Source of the DNA: Isurus oxyrinchus
Taxonomy: Eukaryota
Length of the DNA stretch: 64,000 nt
NCBI GenBank assembly: GCA_026770705.1
Contig: JANJGN010000035.1
Coordinates: forward strand, 13,888,001-13,952,000
Direction of reading: 5' to 3'
Shown: positions 61,473 to 64,000 of the stretch, in pieces
Numbering within the stretch: position 1 is the stretch's first letter
Layout of the letters: every line of letters starts with the position of its first letter
Notes under the pieces: generated by a model
Seen by the model: the letters and a program-made list of their open reading frames with translations, nothing else
What the model was told of the DNA's origin: nothing
Database searches by the model: none
Position numbers and translations under genes: made by a program

Positions 61473-61538
61473 CGCCCGAACAAGGACTTGAACTCTCGAA
61501 CCTCGGATTAAAAGCTCTGTCCAATGAGCTATTCGGGC
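61473..61538 (-). pseudogene. tRNA-Lys(UUU) pseudogene with short deletion
   Basis: cgcccgaacaaggacttgaactctcgaacctcggattaaaagctctgtccaatgagctattcgggc. Confidence 0.85.
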
Positions 61539-61914
61539 TTCATGCAAAGGCTATTAAATCATCTGAATTCAGGTCGCAGGTGAAATGCGGTACTCCTTGA
61601 TTATATTCAAATCCGTGAGTGCATTTCCCTGGGTTGTGTGAGATCAGAGGGATTTCAAGACTGATCAAGAAGGTACAATTGGGAGAGACGATAATTGACT
61701 AAGATATTGAATGAAGCAGCAGTCGTGAATGCCGGGAGGAGCTACTCGTGCTCCCATTTCTGATATTCTTAGGGACACTAATCAAGGCGTCAAGCGGAAT
61801 TATGTTGAGCTGGCGTGGTAGGACTTCCGTTTCAGTAGCAGCTTTCGGCTTTGTAATCGGTTAATTCGTCGTACGGATTGCGAACCGCGGCTTTCTGTTG
61901 TCCCCGGTATGCTA

Positions 61915-62440
61915 AAATGAAGAGTAGGCTGTTGGAGATACTCACAGTGTTAAAAGGGTTATACATAGGAAAAAAAATCAGCTTTTTAAAATTATGTTTC
62001 GCCCATATGAGACCAGAGGAGACAGTTTTCCTCTCTCTGAGAGTTGTGCAACATTGGAACTGTATCTCAGCAGGTGGCGGAGGCAGGTGGTGGGGCGGGA
62101 GGAGGTGGTGGTGGGTGGATCTTTGAATATATTCATGGCGGAGGGAGGTGATTCTTTGCAGGAAAGCACAACGCTACGGATGCTGGAAATCCGAAAGAAA
62201 AACAGCAAATGCCTGTCAAACTAAGCTGGCCAAAGGCATCTGTGGAAGGATAAAAATAATTGAAGTTTGGAGTCCGTATAACTCTTCTTCAGAGTAGAGA
62301 TTCTTGTTCGGAAGGGAATCAATAGTGACGGGAGCTGCGACGGTAAAGGTGATTGTGGAACTTAAAACATAAACAGATCAGAGCCATGCACGTCTTCAAA
62401 GGGGGAGCAGACTCGAGGGGGCGGCCGAATAGGAAGATCT
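61915..62440 (+). mobile_element. CR1 3' fragment with nested pLTR remnant, paralog of 620-1146
   Basis: Same aaatgaagagtaggctg start and the same nested pLTR (62170-62295). Confidence 0.7.
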
Positions 62441-62674
62441 AGGACAATCAAACGCCAAGTCAGGATGTACTTTATCTGGCAGAAAGGCTCGCTGGAAATA
62501 ATCAACACGATTCTCCAAAAAAGGGTTAAACGTTTGACGATTTGGCGGATATGAGCGCTTCTTAATACATTCTGAACCTAATGACAATCTGTTGCATTCA
62601 GACAGCGAGAATTTCGGCGACTACCGCTTCCAGTGCTGCGGTTCACACGAGTTGAATACATGGAGCTGAACGAA

Positions 62675-62745
62675 TAAGTCTAAATGAATTTGAAGCCAGA
62701 ACTCTCAGATGTAGGTTTGAATCCTTTCGCAACCTAGCAATCTTT
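62675..62745 (-). pseudogene. Highly decayed tRNA-Lys relic, paralog of 1393-1463
   Basis: atgaatttgaagccagaactctcagatgtaggtttga...agcaatc. Confidence 0.45.
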
Positions 62746-63564
62746 TACCTCGGCCACAGAACTTCAACGTATGTCAAAAGATATCACATCTTCACCACCT
62801 ATTGCATTTCCTTCCCAGAAATCCGCCCGCCACAGACCAATTCCAGCACACGCAAACCCATATTCGTCCACAAATATTTTCTGCCTGTCCCGAATCCTCG
62901 CTGTTCCACACTGCAGCGTGATGTGACAACAGTTATCTCCCTAGTTTCCGTTATGGGTCCCCCAATCTTTTGAAGATCGCGTTCATTAAAAATACCACGA
63001 ATTTTCAGCAAGCTCAGCCGGGACCTTAGAAACTGACGGATGATGTATTTAGAGTTGGTGAATAATGTAATGTGTAGTTAGGCCTGCGAAGGTGCGATAT
63101 CATTCAGTTTTAAAGCGTTTCATTGTCACTTGAGCGAATCACATAATTTCGGGGCAGTCGTTAGATCTTAGCAGAGCGATATCTTCCTTCAAACATTGCA
63201 AGTTTTACCATCTTGCCCCGCGTTTCTTTAACTCCTATAGATAACTCCATCCTTGCTTGCGGATTTCGGTCTAAGGTCACAGCGTGAAATGGTAGCTCAA
63301 TATCAACTATTATACATGAATATCAGGAATGAACTAGCAGCATGAAGGTCAAGTTGCAGAAAGGCAACTTAGATCCTCATTTGTTAGGACTTCATTCGTA
63401 AAGCTTCGTAAACAGGGAAAGGATAACCGTTAGGGGACAGATCCTTACTCAAGAGATTCAAAACTCTCCACCCTGGGATGAATGTAAAGTTAAAAGAAGA
63501 GCCGCTAAGCTTGTGAATTTTGATGTACGAATCAATAACAATTGGTTCTGCGCACTTTTACAAT

Positions 63565-63900
63565 TCGCTTATGGGATGTGGGTTCCGCTGGCTGTGCCAG
63601 CATTTGTTGTCCATCCGTAGTTAACCCGGGAGAACGTGGCGCTCAGCTTTGTTGTTGATCCTATGCTGAGCTGTAGGTAAAACCACAGTGGTGTTTGGAC
63701 GGGAGTTTCATGATTTTGACCCACCGACAGTGACATTACGGCCACCATACTTCAGAGTCAAGGTGTTGAGTTAATTGGAGGGGGGAAACATGAGCAGTGT
63801 CCTTATATATCTGCTGCCTTTCTCCTTGCAGATGGCATTGCTCGTGGGTTTGTAAAATGCAGTCGAATAAGTCTTGGTGAATTCCTGCCAGTGCACCTAT
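63565..63900 (-). mobile_element. CR1-group LINE 3' portion
   Basis: atgggatgtgggttccgctggctgtgccagcatttgttgtccatcc...gattttgacccaccgacagtga. Confidence 0.8.
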
Positions 63901-64000
63901 GTCTTCTATTCCGAGCATCTGAATGCCAATTCAGTTAAAGGCCTCAGCTGCTCTCTGCAGCTGACACATGGCCTGAGTAATTCCTCCATTTTCCCGTTCC

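Larger units (their letters stand above)
61291..64000. repeat. Start of copy C of the tandem segmental unit
   Basis: 61291-63220 ~ 1-1950; 63660-64000 ~ 26160-26500. Confidence 0.85.

Noticed and set aside
1-64000. Endogenous large DNA virus or Polinton as the repeated unit
   Set aside because: No polymerase, capsid, ATPase or integrase motifs recognised; the coding-like segments are better explained as ZNF relics.

Overview
Eukaryotic, repeat-rich DNA. The repeat families (vertebrate CR1 LINEs, Deu-domain SINE, Penelope-like pLTRs, SINE/L2-derived minisatellites) and the zinc-finger motif style point to a cartilaginous fish (shark); this taxon call is recognition from memory, not a search. 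I find no intact protein-coding gene and no intact tRNA. The window is about two copies (plus the start of a third) of a large, strongly diverged tandem unit anchored on minus-strand tRNA-Lys(UUU) pseudogenes at 172, 25706 and 61473, and each copy lacks different multi-kb blocks. Most non-transposon segments in the unit look like extremely decayed C2H2 zinc-finger exons on both strands (about 17 distinct relics, several present in both copies); individual calls range from fairly clear to weak. Other notable items: a younger palindromic Penelope-like insertion with two hammerhead-ribozyme motifs, a TSD and an empty paralogous site; three minisatellites (33, 37, 43 bp), each amplified from a short retroposon fragment; a 21-bp NRF1-like block identical between copies; and a transversion-rich, CpG-sparing substitution pattern in the tRNA relics. 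All alignments were done by eye and boundaries of decayed elements are approximate.
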